Below are positions 1-8,951 of a stretch of DNA of 64,000 nucleotides, piece after piece (position 1 is the stretch's first letter; the number at the start of each line of letters is the position of its first letter). This DNA comes from Nostoc sp. DedSLP01 (GTDB taxonomy: Bacteria > Cyanobacteriota > Cyanobacteriia > Cyanobacteriales > Nostocaceae). The notes beneath the pieces are model-generated. The model had not been told where the DNA came from, did no database searches, and worked only from the letters and a program-made list of their open reading frames with translations. The stretch is taken from positions 128,001 to 192,000 of the forward strand of contig JAVRCJ020000009.1 of the NCBI GenBank assembly GCA_034530875.2, written 5' to 3'. Position numbers and translations under genes: made by a program.

Positions 1-2
1 AA

Positions 3-149
3 AAGCTTACCTTTTTCTCGTTGACGGTAAGTTACAACATCAGCACTACAAAGCTGCTGAACCAAATTAACTGTTTTTAATTCTGCCCAAAGCCCGCCGC
101 AAGCAAATTTGCCATCTGTACCAGGAAGTAAGAAGTAAAGTTTTCTCAT
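3..149 (-). CDS. 5' part of a conserved cyanobacterial glycosyltransferase-like protein (runs off the left edge)
   Basis: Not in the ORF track. Manual translation from ATG at 149 gives MRKLYFLLPGTDGKFACGGLWAELKTVNLVQQLCSADVVTYRQREKGKL, open to the edge. It resembles GT-B N-termini (beta strand followed by a GG motif). Confidence 0.7.
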   Translation of the reverse strand, partial: MRKLYFLLPGTDGKFACGGLWAELKTVNLVQQLCSADVVTYRQREKGKL

Positions 150-190
150 AATTTTTTTAGGGGAGTAGGGAGTGTTTTCAACCCGAAACT

Positions 191-240
191 CAAAAATCCC
201 CTCAGTCGCATTGGCAAGACCAATACAGGGCTGAGGGGAT
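191..240 (-). terminator. Intrinsic terminator-like hairpin in the leader of the glycosyltransferase gene
   Basis: ATCCCCTCAG (196-205) and CTGAGGGGAT (231-240) form a perfect 10-bp stem, with an inner ATTGG/CCAAT stem. It is followed by TTTTT on the minus strand. Confidence 0.65.
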
Positions 241-362
241 AAGTTTTATCTATACAATATCTCCAAAATCTCACACCACAACAACCCGTTGACCAATACA
301 GGTAATATGCTATAATTATCTGCGTTGATTTACGGTTACTATCGATCGCCAAGCAAACGGCA

Positions 363-611
363 TTAGTAGTAATCGGGTTGTGGCTGTGGTTGCGGCACTG
401 CAAAATTTGATGCATCGTACAAGTAGCGGCTGGCTTCCTCTTCTAGACGATGAATCAGGAAAGGTTCAATGGTATTACCATGTCGCAGTGCGGCTAGATA
501 TCCATCCAAATACATCCGCATATCATCCATACGATAACCGCGATTCCATAACTCGACGAAGGCGTCAGTGAGTCTTTGGTAATAGCGGATGGTTTGTGTG
601 TCTTGGAGCAT
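363..611 (-). CDS. Conserved cyanobacterial hypothetical protein (DUF6761-like)
   Basis: 82 aa, MLQDTQTIRYYQRLTDAFVELWNRG; a family usually found divergent from nrrA. Confidence 0.8.
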   Translation of the reverse strand: MLQDTQTIRYYQRLTDAFVELWNRGYRMDDMRMYLDGYLAALRHGNTIEPFLIHRLEEEASRYLYDASNFAVPQPQPQPDYY

Positions 612-1117
612 AACTGCTGTACTAATGTCTTTGGAATGAGAATTGTAAATGATTCAGGCTCAAATGTGAAGTGTAATTTCACTTTTGGGATCAATTAAAA
701 ATAAACATATATTCTGCGGGTAGCACTTTTCTAGTAGCTACAAACTACTTCAATCCTATTCCAGAAAACACCTGCTCGACTTATATCCCAGGGTATCTTT
801 ACATTTTTCTTTGGTAACAGCCCCCTTTTATTGGTGCTATAGTCATGGATATAAGCAGCAATTTCTTCAGCAGGAATCACTTTTTGCTTGAGCTGAAAAG
901 CTCTTTTGCTAAGGATTACCTGTCATGCTTATGGGTTTTGGATATGATGGTCAGATAAAAACACAGTGTCAAGCTAAAAGAACTTTTGATAAGTCTGAGA
1001 AGACTTTTTATAAGTTTAACAAAAATTTAAGAATATTTCTAATGCCCTTTTGCAAAGGACAATTTAAAGATATTGGCACTTTTTTTATGAGGAAATGTAA
1101 AGCTAATAGCCATTGAA

Positions 1118-1159
1118 GTAACAAAGGCTACAAAACCTTAGACATGGGCTTGTTACTTT
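1118..1159 (+). promoter_or_regulatory. Canonical NtcA-activated promoter of nrrA
   Basis: GTA-ACAAAGGC-TAC at 1118-1131, a 22-nt spacer, then -10 box TACTTT at 1154-1159. Confidence 0.9.
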
Positions 1160-1191
1160 GAAAGTCATCGACGCTAAGGGGTCTTGCCACC

Positions 1192-1962
1192 GTGGGTTCG
1201 GTTTGTATAGAAATCATTGAAGGGAATCCCCATCTAAGGTCGTTGCTAGGTTGGCACTTGCAACAACTAGAATACCGGGTGCATCAAGCGGCCAGTATTT
1301 ATCAAGCAAGGGAAGTATTTTTAAGCCATCAACCAACACTTGTGGTTTTGGATGCAGATCTTCCTGACGGTGACGGTATTGAATTCTGTCGTTGGTTGCA
1401 TCGTCAGCAACAGCCTTTAATTTTAATGCTATCTGCTCGCAATAGTGAAGCTGATATTGTCGCAGGTTTAAAGGCGGGTGCAGATGATTACCTGAGCAAA
1501 CCTTTTGGAATGCAAGAGTTTTTGGCACGGGTAGAGGCATTAATTCGCCGTAAGCGCACGCCGACTGCACCGGCATATTTGGATTATGGCACTTTACAAA
1601 TTGATTTGGTTCAGCGCCGCGTCCGCTTCCAAGGAGAGTTTATCGAATTAACACCCCAGGAATTCAGCTTACTATACGTTCTAGCACAAGCCGGGGGAGT
1701 ACCTCTGAGTAGGTCGGAATTGCTGCGCCGTGCTTGGCCTGATGCCATTGATAACCCTCGTACCATTGATACTCACGTTTTGTCACTGCGGAAAAAGGTT
1801 GAACTCGATCCCCGGCAACCTAGCTTGATTCAAACTATCCGCAATGTGGGATACCGTTTTAACATGGAAATTTTGAACACTAATATTCCACAGTCACAAA
1901 CAAAGTTAACTAGAGAGAGATTTAGCAATCAACGTTCGACACTCAGTAGCAGTCAGGTGTGA
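1192..1962 (+). CDS. nrrA: OmpR-family response regulator NrrA (nitrogen-regulated)
   Basis: Receiver domain (LVVLDADLPDGDG, GADDYLSKPF) plus winged-helix domain (RTIDTHVLSLRKK, IQTIRNVGYRF). GTG start and an upstream NtcA promoter. Confidence 0.88.
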   Translation: MGSVCIEIIEGNPHLRSLLGWHLQQLEYRVHQAASIYQAREVFLSHQPTLVVLDADLPDGDGIEFCRWLHRQQQPLILMLSARNSEADIVAGLKAGADDYLSKPFGMQEFLARVEALIRRKRTPTAPAYLDYGTLQIDLVQRRVRFQGEFIELTPQEFSLLYVLAQAGGVPLSRSELLRRAWPDAIDNPRTIDTHVLSLRKKVELDPRQPSLIQTIRNVGYRFNMEILNTNIPQSQTKLTRERFSNQRSTLSSSQV

Positions 1963-2001
1963 TGGGGAATGGGGAATGGTGACTGGGGACTGGGGACTAG
2001 G
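1963..2001. repeat. STRR heptamer array (GGGGAAT/GGGGACT)
   Basis: tggggaatggggaatggtgactggggactggggactagg, between convergent genes. Confidence 0.8.
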
Positions 2002-2056
2002 AAAATTTTTTCGCCATCTCTAGCCCCCGATGTCCTGTTTAAACTATGCCCAAAAT

Positions 2057-2860
2057 CTAAAATTCAAAATCGTCTTGAGATTGTGCTTTAATCAAGGTTT
2101 CTCGTAATTCATCCCAGTTGATTTTAGAGAGTTTTTTATCTGCCGATAAATGACCTTGGTGTAGGTGTAATAATCGAGTGCAAAACATTTCGGCTAGGTC
2201 TATTTGGTGATTTACCATCAAAATGGTGGTTTGATGAGTTTGACTCAACTCGATTAAAACTTGTATTAGATGCAAAGCTGTACCAGGATCTAGGGCAGAG
2301 GTAGGCTCGTCTAATAATAGAATTTTAGGCTGGATGAGTAAGGCACGAGCGATCGCCACAAGCTGTCGTTGTCCCGCAGAAAGTTGTACCTCTGTTCGTC
2401 CTAACCATTCACTGGGAATGTGCAGTTGTTCCATCCAGTAATTAACTCGTTCCTGAATTATCTGTTTGGATAAACCACGCAAAACCAAAGGATAAGCCAA
2501 AGCTTGCCCTACTGTCATCCCCAACAGCTTTGATTCCTGCAATACAAGTGTCACCATCTGGCGTAACTCGATAACGGGAATTTGGCGATACTCTTGATTT
2601 TGTAAATAGATTTTGCCGCTAGTGGGTTCAACGAGGCGGTTGATGAGGCGTAGTAACGAACTTTTACCAGCACCAACTGTACCTACAATTGCAATGCGTT
2701 CGCCACAGGCGTTGGCTTTGCCATCGCCTTGAAATACTTCAAAGGAAATATCCTGCAATATGCGATATCCCTGCTGATTTGCTGCAACTTGGCTTTTGAG
2801 CTTTGCAAACAGATTAACTTGTTCTAGCCTGAGTATGGCTTTTGCTGTGGCAGTATTCAA
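2057..2860 (-). CDS. ABC transporter ATP-binding protein
   Basis: Walker A GTVGAGKS, signature LSAGQRQ, Walker B LLLDEPT. Carries an 8-aa insert GKANACGE. Confidence 0.92.
   Translation of the reverse strand: MNTATAKAILRLEQVNLFAKLKSQVAANQQGYRILQDISFEVFQGDGKANACGERIAIVGTVGAGKSSLLRLINRLVEPTSGKIYLQNQEYRQIPVIELRQMVTLVLQESKLLGMTVGQALAYPLVLRGLSKQIIQERVNYWMEQLHIPSEWLGRTEVQLSAGQRQLVAIARALLIQPKILLLDEPTSALDPGTALHLIQVLIELSQTHQTTILMVNHQIDLAEMFCTRLLHLHQGHLSADKKLSKINWDELRETLIKAQSQDDFEF
2699..2722. mobile_element. 24-bp small dispersed repeat (SDR-like) inserted in a HIP1 site within the ABC ATPase gene
   Basis: GCG[TTCGCCACAGGCGTTGGCTTTGCC]ATCGC. Removing the insert restores GCGATCGC and the reading QGDRIAIVG. 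Confidence 0.75.
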
Positions 2861-2887
2861 GGTGAGTAGGGAGATGGCTTCGCCAAG

Positions 2888-2976
2888 TAAAAGATAAAAG
2901 GGAAAAGGGGAAAAGATGAAAGGTAAAAGGGACGTATGTAGGGTTTATTCCCTTTCCCCTTTGCCCCTTTCCCTTG
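2888..2976. repeat. Inverted STRR array (AAAAGGG / CCCTTTT)
   Basis: Purine-rich heptamers followed by their complement, able to form a long hairpin. Confidence 0.7.
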
Positions 2977-3005
2977 TCCCTATCCGAAGGGTTTTGCCCC
3001 ATGCC

Positions 3006-3563
3006 CTATTTTATAGTTAATGCTGTAGCGATCGCCCAACCATCGACCAACAGCAACAACAGTGTGAACCCTAGTAAAATCGCATACATCCAAGGTTGCG
3101 CTAAAGGACGAACATCTGTAGTGTCAATATTAGTCTTTGTTTGGACAATTTGTACCAAGCGGGCAAATCCCGCTACACGCATCGGTAATAAATAAGCTTT
3201 TCCATCTTGACCGAGAAAATAATAAACTATACCTCCTTGACCGGTGGTACGGGGTTTTAATTCTTTAACTTGCGACCAATGTAAAAACCAGCCTTTACGG
3301 AAAAAGCCGGGAACCCAACGAGGGTAACTAACCTGAATTCCTTGTTCGTCTAGTATTACTCGTTCAGTCAAAACCGCATACAAGGCAACAAAGCCAATGC
3401 TAATACCTACCCATAATAATGCTGGGGGTATTGGTGAGGCTGTTACCTGCGATAAAAAGGGTAAGGGAACTGTGAGTGCTATGTATAAACTTAGCAGCGT
3501 TATCCTAATTAAAGGAGAGAGATTAAAAATAGAAGCTGAAGTATTGGCTGAATTTGCTGTCAC
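3006..3563 (-). CDS. Conserved hypothetical membrane protein
   Basis: 185 aa with three hydrophobic segments; GTG start. Confidence 0.8.
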   Translation of the reverse strand: MTANSANTSASIFNLSPLIRITLLSLYIALTVPLPFLSQVTASPIPPALLWVGISIGFVALYAVLTERVILDEQGIQVSYPRWVPGFFRKGWFLHWSQVKELKPRTTGQGGIVYYFLGQDGKAYLLPMRVAGFARLVQIVQTKTNIDTTDVRPLAQPWMYAILLGFTLLLLLVDGWAIATALTIK

Positions 3564-3617
3564 GGCTCAATTACAATGCTTTTCTTCATTGTAGGATAGC
3601 TTTCTGCCCAGCTTTGT

Positions 3618-4079
3618 TTAAGGTAAATACTTTTGCACGACACTCCAACCAGTAAACGATACCCAGGCAAATCCGACAAACAGAATTGTATTTAAGCTTA
3701 TATGTAAAGTTCTAGCCCAAGGTTTTGTAGGGCTGATTTGTGTTGCACTGAAAGCAGACAGTAAAACCAAGGCTACAACAATTAATCCAGCGACCAAGTG
3801 TGGCGAGTGTCCCAGAGAACCAAAATGACCCAAAGTGCCAACAATGCCGATCGCCAGCAATAGTAGCACTAAACTTACCATACTGATGCCCATTAAATAG
3901 TGTAGCGATCGCACTTCCCTACGTCCGCCTATCAATAGGGGCATAAAAGGAAATTGCTGCGAAGTTCTCCTTTGAAACATCCAAACGCCTGTAATTGCTA
4001 ACATCAGGTATGCTAGCAGGGATAATCCCATCGACCAGGCGGCGATTTTCCACAACCAAAGAAATGAAGGCAGATTCAT
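3618..4079 (-). CDS. DUF4079 family membrane protein
   Basis: Four TM segments with His residues (LHY, HSPH, LHI). Likely start is MNLPSFLW at 4079; the ORF extends to 4115. Confidence 0.78.
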   Translation of the reverse strand: MNLPSFLWLWKIAAWSMGLSLLAYLMLAITGVWMFQRRTSQQFPFMPLLIGGRREVRSLHYLMGISMVSLVLLLLAIGIVGTLGHFGSLGHSPHLVAGLIVVALVLLSAFSATQISPTKPWARTLHISLNTILFVGFAWVSFTGWSVVQKYLP

Positions 4080-4172
4080 AAAATTGATTGTAGATGAGAG
4101 TGGCGCATTGGGCATCGGCTAGAGGAGCAGGGTAGCCAGGAGGGGAAGCAGAGGAGGTAGGGGAGAATAAAT

Positions 4173-4219
4173 TAATAACTAATGACTAATGACCAATGAC
4201 TAATGACTAATGACTAATA
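4173..4219. repeat. STRR array (TAATGAC)n
   Basis: About six tandem heptamers. Confidence 0.85.
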
Positions 4220-4222
4220 AAT

Positions 4223-4249
4223 AAAAAGGGCTGCTAAATTTAGCAACCC
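4223..4249 (-). terminator. Intrinsic terminator downstream of the DUF1830 gene
   Basis: Minus strand GGGTTGCTAAATTTAGCAGCCC followed by TTTTT. Confidence 0.75.
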
Positions 4250-4273
4250 AGAAATTGAGCCAAATTGTTTTTT

Positions 4274-4669
4274 TTAATCAACAGCTGCTAAACCAGCGAT
4301 TTGTAAGGGTTTTATACTATCTCCGGTCTTTGTATTAAGTTGCTGCACTATTGCTGTGGTACTTATAGGGTCTTTTTCAAATGATGAGTTTGTATCTAAC
4401 TCATAATTGGTAGAGTCATCGAGCATCAGGCGATCGCACGGAATGTTATCGGATAAAATTGCACTTGCCATCATACCCGTATGAATCTCCAATTGAGCTG
4501 TTCGCGGAGCTTCAAAAACTAAGCGTTGTCCTGGAAAAACAACCCTTTCAAAATACCAATTGGCAATATTAGAGATGCGAGCTACCTGTATTTTGCTCGT
4601 GGCATTAATGTAGCAGCAGAGAATTTTCCCCGATTGCTCAGGTGGTAGAGGATCTAAAATTTGAGCCAT
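4274..4669 (-). CDS. DUF1830 domain protein
   Basis: CCYINATSKIQVARI...YFERVVFPGQRLVFEAP...IPC motif. Likely start is MAQILD at 4669. Confidence 0.85.
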   Translation of the reverse strand: MAQILDPLPPEQSGKILCCYINATSKIQVARISNIANWYFERVVFPGQRLVFEAPRTAQLEIHTGMMASAILSDNIPCDRLMLDDSTNYELDTNSSFEKDPISTTAIVQQLNTKTGDSIKPLQIAGLAAVD

Positions 4670-4714
4670 AACTGCTGAGGAGCTTTGCGCCACAATTTTA
4701 CATTAGACTATTCA

Positions 4715-4757
4715 AGCCTAGCACTGGCCGATCCCCAGTTGCTGTAACTGCGAATAC
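4715..4757 (-). promoter_or_regulatory. Putative NtcA-activated promoter of the DUF1830 gene
   Basis: GTA-N8-TAC at 4744-4757; on the minus strand a 23-nt spacer, then TAGGCT preceded by TGC. Confidence 0.55.
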
Positions 4758-5245
4758 CAACTGAGTATTTATGGATTATTTCTATCTAAAGAAATATTGA
4801 TAGTTATAAAAATTTTGTAATTATTCATGCCTTTTTCAAAATTATACACTATAACTAAAACTTTTAGATATTTTTACTCAGTACAAAAGCTCTAAATTGC
4901 TGAGGATAAATAATTAGGGCATTCATCTGACAGCGATCCCCTTGCTTTTCGCCTAGCGAACAAGTCAGTTTTGCTTTTTATCTATCCCAAGATTAGTACG
5001 CCCAGATCCTCGCTTTATGAATAAACTCAATGTTATCGTAAAGCTATATGAAAAATATCTTCATAAATGTCTCTCATCTACATGCATTCAGTATGTAAAG
5101 TAACTTTATTGATTCCTAAAATGAGGAACAAAAAGTTGACATATCAATAATCGGCTTCGATGTCAAGCAAGATTGCGATCGATAAAAACAACAAAAACAC
5201 CCTTTAAAATTCAATTTTTTCTCGCTTTCCCCAAACATTGGCAAG

Positions 5246-6838
5246 ATGGCAGTCAAAACACTCATAATGGAAAATCGAATTCTTTACGTTCGCCTTCCCT
5301 GTAACCCCATCTTTCCCATTGGGGTTGTCTACCTTAGCGATCGCGTCCACAAGCAGTTTCCCAACATCGAACAGCGCATCTTTGATTTGGGAACGATACC
5401 ACCTCTAGACTACACCTCGGCTTTAGATCGGTGTATCGATGAATTTAAACCTACACTACTAATATTTTCTTGGCGGGATATTCAAATTTATGCCCCAGTT
5501 GGCGGACGTGGCGGCAACCCGCTACAAAACGCTTTTGAATTTTACTACGCTAAGAATCCTCTATTAAAACTACGCGGTGCATTGGGCGGTTTGCGAATCT
5601 TCACCGCTTACTATATAGAGTTGTGGCGTAACCTGGGCTTAATTAAACGCGGTTTAAAGCGCGCCCAAAAATATAATTCTCATGCCCGTGCAGTCCTTGG
5701 TGGTGGTGCAGTCAGCGTATTTTACGAACAACTGGGTAAAAGCTTACCCCCAGGAACAATTATTTCTGTGGGTGAAGGGGAAACCCTGCTAGAAAAACTT
5801 TTAAGTGGTAGAGAGTTCCGCGATGAACGCTGTTATGTTGTTGGAGAAGGTAAACCACGAAAACGCTTGATTCACGAACAACCCACTCCCATAGAAAAAA
5901 CAGCTTGCAACTACGACTATATCGAAAACATCTGGCCGGAATTTAACTATTATCTGCAAGAGCAAGACTTTTATATAGGCGTACAAACTAAGCGCGGTTG
6001 TCCTCACAATTGTTGTTATTGCGTTTATACAGTTGTCGAAGGCAAACAAGTACGCATCAATCCCGCAGATGAAGTAGTTGCCGAGATGCGCCAATTATAC
6101 GATCGCGGCATTCGCAATTTCTGGTTTACCGATGCCCAATTCATCCCCGCCCGCAAATTTATCGACGATGCCATAGAACTCTTGCAAAAAATCGTCGATT
6201 CTGGTATGACAGACATCCATTGGGCAGCGTATATTCGAGCCGACAATTTGACACCTCAATTGTGCGAGTTGATGGTAAAAACCGGGATGAACTATTTTGA
6301 AATTGGCATTACCAGCGGTTCTCAAGAACTCGTGCGTAAAATGCGGATGGGTTACAACCTGCGAACCGTCTTACAAAATTGTCGTGACTTAAAAGCAGCT
6401 GGTTTCAACGACTTAGTTTCTGTAAACTACTCCTTTAACGTCATTGACGAACGTCCCGAAACCATTCGCCAAACCATCGCCTACCACCGGGAACTAGAAC
6501 GAATCTTTGGCGCTGATAAAGTCGAACCTGCCATCTTCTTCATTGGACTACAACCCCATACCCATTTAGAAGAATATGCCTTCAAAGAGGGTATTCTCAA
6601 ACCAGGGTATAACCCAATGAGCTTGATGCCCTGGACAGCCAAAAAACTCCTTTGGAATCCCGAACCCCTTGGTTCCTTCTTTGGGGAAGTCTGCTTACAA
6701 GCTTGGCAGCAAAACCCCAATGACTTCGGGCGTGAAGTCATGAATATCTTAGAAGAAAAACTGGGTTGCGCTGATTTAGAAGCAGCACTTTCTTCACCAA
6801 TAGAGAAGAAAGAAAAACAGCTGGCAGGTGTATCCTAG
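5246..6838 (+). CDS. B12-binding radical SAM protein (photosystem II high-light acclimation radical SAM family)
   Basis: RGCPHNCCYC (CxxxCxxC) motif; N-terminal RILYVRLPCNPIFPIG cobalamin-binding-like domain. Confidence 0.88.
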   Translation: MAVKTLIMENRILYVRLPCNPIFPIGVVYLSDRVHKQFPNIEQRIFDLGTIPPLDYTSALDRCIDEFKPTLLIFSWRDIQIYAPVGGRGGNPLQNAFEFYYAKNPLLKLRGALGGLRIFTAYYIELWRNLGLIKRGLKRAQKYNSHARAVLGGGAVSVFYEQLGKSLPPGTIISVGEGETLLEKLLSGREFRDERCYVVGEGKPRKRLIHEQPTPIEKTACNYDYIENIWPEFNYYLQEQDFYIGVQTKRGCPHNCCYCVYTVVEGKQVRINPADEVVAEMRQLYDRGIRNFWFTDAQFIPARKFIDDAIELLQKIVDSGMTDIHWAAYIRADNLTPQLCELMVKTGMNYFEIGITSGSQELVRKMRMGYNLRTVLQNCRDLKAAGFNDLVSVNYSFNVIDERPETIRQTIAYHRELERIFGADKVEPAIFFIGLQPHTHLEEYAFKEGILKPGYNPMSLMPWTAKKLLWNPEPLGSFFGEVCLQAWQQNPNDFGREVMNILEEKLGCADLEAALSSPIEKKEKQLAGVS

Positions 6839-6927
6839 AAAACAAAAAGATATAGGGAGATTTAGAATTCTGAATTCATCCCTTTTCCATCCTTATAGTG
6901 CCTCTGCGGTTATTTTTACAAAATCCC

Positions 6928-8316
6928 ATGTTAGAAGGTTCAATCTTACAAAAGCTGGAAGCAGCCCACCGTCACAGCATCAGGCCAATTCGATTCGGGG
7001 TGTACTACAAAAATACCCTTGTATCTCTCTGCCATGCCCTAGAAGACCACATCCTAGCAGAAGACGATAAACCTTTAGTTATCGCCGCCTTCCAACAAGG
7101 TAAATGGTATCTGCAAGAAGCCGAGCGATATGCAGACATCGCCCAGCGCAGCCGCGAAATTGCCATCATGGCCGCTGCTGACACTGGCTTTGCCGAACAT
7201 CCTACAAGTCTTTTACCAAATGTAGACTTAGTAGGATTAGATCCAGGCGATCCGGTGGCTCAGGAGTGGCACTTAATTATTTTGTCACCGAATTACACAG
7301 CAATGGTAATTTGTCAAGAGCTATCGGAGGCTGATTATGGCAGCAGTGGCATACCAGCATCAGACTTAGAGCGTAAATTCTACGGCTTGTGGACATTTGA
7401 GCCAGAGTTAGTGCAAGAGACAGCAGAAATAGCGATCGCTCACATCCAAAAATACGACCCAGAATTAGCCAATAAACTCACTGCCCATAAAGAGGCGATC
7501 GCCCCATCTATTGCCAGATTAGAAAATTTGGGTGCAGTCGTCTCCCGTGTAGTCGATTATCTCCAGACTGGGCAAGATAATTTATCCATCCCTACACTGC
7601 TGGGGCAACAAACTTTAGATCGGAACTTGGTTTCTAACGAAATTCAAGCATTTTTGCGGATGGCTCAGCTCTTGGATATGGCAGATGTCAACAATCCAAT
7701 GGCGGCTACCGAAGTCGTAGCACTTGCCGAGGCGATCGCCCAGCTTTTAGATCTTCCTGCATGGCAGATTAAGAGATTGCGCCTAGCAGCTCTATTACAT
7801 CGCATAGATCCATTACAAAAAGCAGAAAGTGTTCTCACTTCTGATAGAATAACAACCCATTCTCAAGAAGAAGCCCCCAGTTGCCCTTTAATACCAGGGA
7901 CGCAAGTGCTGCGAACCATGCCACGACTGCGAGCAGTTGCCCAAATTATTACTCACCAAACCGAGTGGTGGAATGGTACTGGCGAACCAGCAGGTTTAGC
8001 TGGGGATGAAATTCCCTTAGAGTCGAGAATTTTATCATTATTGGCAGACTTTCAGTGGCGAGTAAATCAGCGAAAATCTTCTAATCAAAATCGCCAAGAA
8101 ATATTTACTCAAGCTTTGGATGAGTGCAGACAGCAACAATCTACCCGCTTTGACCCTAAACTTGTAGATACCCTAGCTTTATTAGTTATGGGTTTACAAC
8201 AAGGACTCGACTTACCCATCATGACACCCAAATATAGCAGTGGTGTTTGGCTACTTGATTCCCAATGGGATAGCCACAGCAAGACAAGTGAGGAAATTAG
8301 AAGTTACCCGAAATGA
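6928..8316 (+). CDS. DICT sensory domain plus HD-GYP-like (degenerate) domain protein
   Basis: YYKNTLVSLCHALED, AAFQQGKWY and QEWHLII mark DICT; HQTEWWNGTGEPAGLAGDEIPLESRI and RFDP mark an HD-GYP-like domain. Start is MLEGSIL at 6928. Confidence 0.85.
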   Translation: MLEGSILQKLEAAHRHSIRPIRFGVYYKNTLVSLCHALEDHILAEDDKPLVIAAFQQGKWYLQEAERYADIAQRSREIAIMAAADTGFAEHPTSLLPNVDLVGLDPGDPVAQEWHLIILSPNYTAMVICQELSEADYGSSGIPASDLERKFYGLWTFEPELVQETAEIAIAHIQKYDPELANKLTAHKEAIAPSIARLENLGAVVSRVVDYLQTGQDNLSIPTLLGQQTLDRNLVSNEIQAFLRMAQLLDMADVNNPMAATEVVALAEAIAQLLDLPAWQIKRLRLAALLHRIDPLQKAESVLTSDRITTHSQEEAPSCPLIPGTQVLRTMPRLRAVAQIITHQTEWWNGTGEPAGLAGDEIPLESRILSLLADFQWRVNQRKSSNQNRQEIFTQALDECRQQQSTRFDPKLVDTLALLVMGLQQGLDLPIMTPKYSSGVWLLDSQWDSHSKTSEEIRSYPK

Positions 8317-8951
8317 ATATTGAAGCTATCAAATTAGGAAAACTCAAACAACTTCCAGGGGCAAATTTAGAAGATGAGGAACTTTCTGGACTTGATTTAA
8401 ACCGAATTAATCTTGCTGGTGCTATCCTTGTCGGCACAAATTTCGAGGCTTCCAAACTCGAAGGTGGGCATTTAGAAGGAGCGAATTTAATGGGGGCAAA
8501 CCTGCAAGGAACCGACTTGCGGGCGAACCTCATGGGAGCAAATCTGATGCAAGCAGATTTAACTGGTGCTGATTTGCGGGGTAGCAATATGCGGGGTGCT
8601 AACTTGATGGGAGCTAGACTCAGTGATGTATCCTTAGCGGGTGCCTTCGTCAGTGGTGCCAACTTGATGAATGTCAACTTGCAAGGTGTAGATTTGCGTG
8701 GTGCTGACTTGCGCGGTGCAAACCTGACTGGGGCAAATCTCAAAGGCGCAGACTTGAGTCGTGCTGATTTGCAAGGGGCATTATTGAGTGAAGCAAACCT
8801 TGAAGAAGCTGACTTGCGTGGCGCTAATTTGGCAGGAGCGAATTTTACAGGGGCGAATTTGCTATGTGCAGAGTTAGAAGGCGCGAATTTAAGCGGTGTT
8901 AATTTGGATAAAGCGTGCGTGGTGGGTACGGTGGTTGAGACACGGGTGTAA
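8313..8951 (+). CDS. Pentapeptide repeat protein
   Basis: Continuous A(N/D)LxG repeats; ATGA overlap with the upstream stop. Confidence 0.93.
   Translation: MNIEAIKLGKLKQLPGANLEDEELSGLDLNRINLAGAILVGTNFEASKLEGGHLEGANLMGANLQGTDLRANLMGANLMQADLTGADLRGSNMRGANLMGARLSDVSLAGAFVSGANLMNVNLQGVDLRGADLRGANLTGANLKGADLSRADLQGALLSEANLEEADLRGANLAGANFTGANLLCAELEGANLSGVNLDKACVVGTVVETRV

Noticed and set aside
146..415. 89-aa minus-strand ORF
   Set aside because: It overlaps the DUF6761-like gene out of frame and crosses a terminator hairpin; the region is better explained as a leader.
925..1116. 63-aa ORF upstream of nrrA
   Set aside because: AT-rich promoter DNA with K/F-biased composition and no RBS.
8297..8743. 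148-aa repetitive antisense ORF (RFAP repeats)
   Set aside because: It is the shadow of the pentapeptide repeat gene on the opposite strand.
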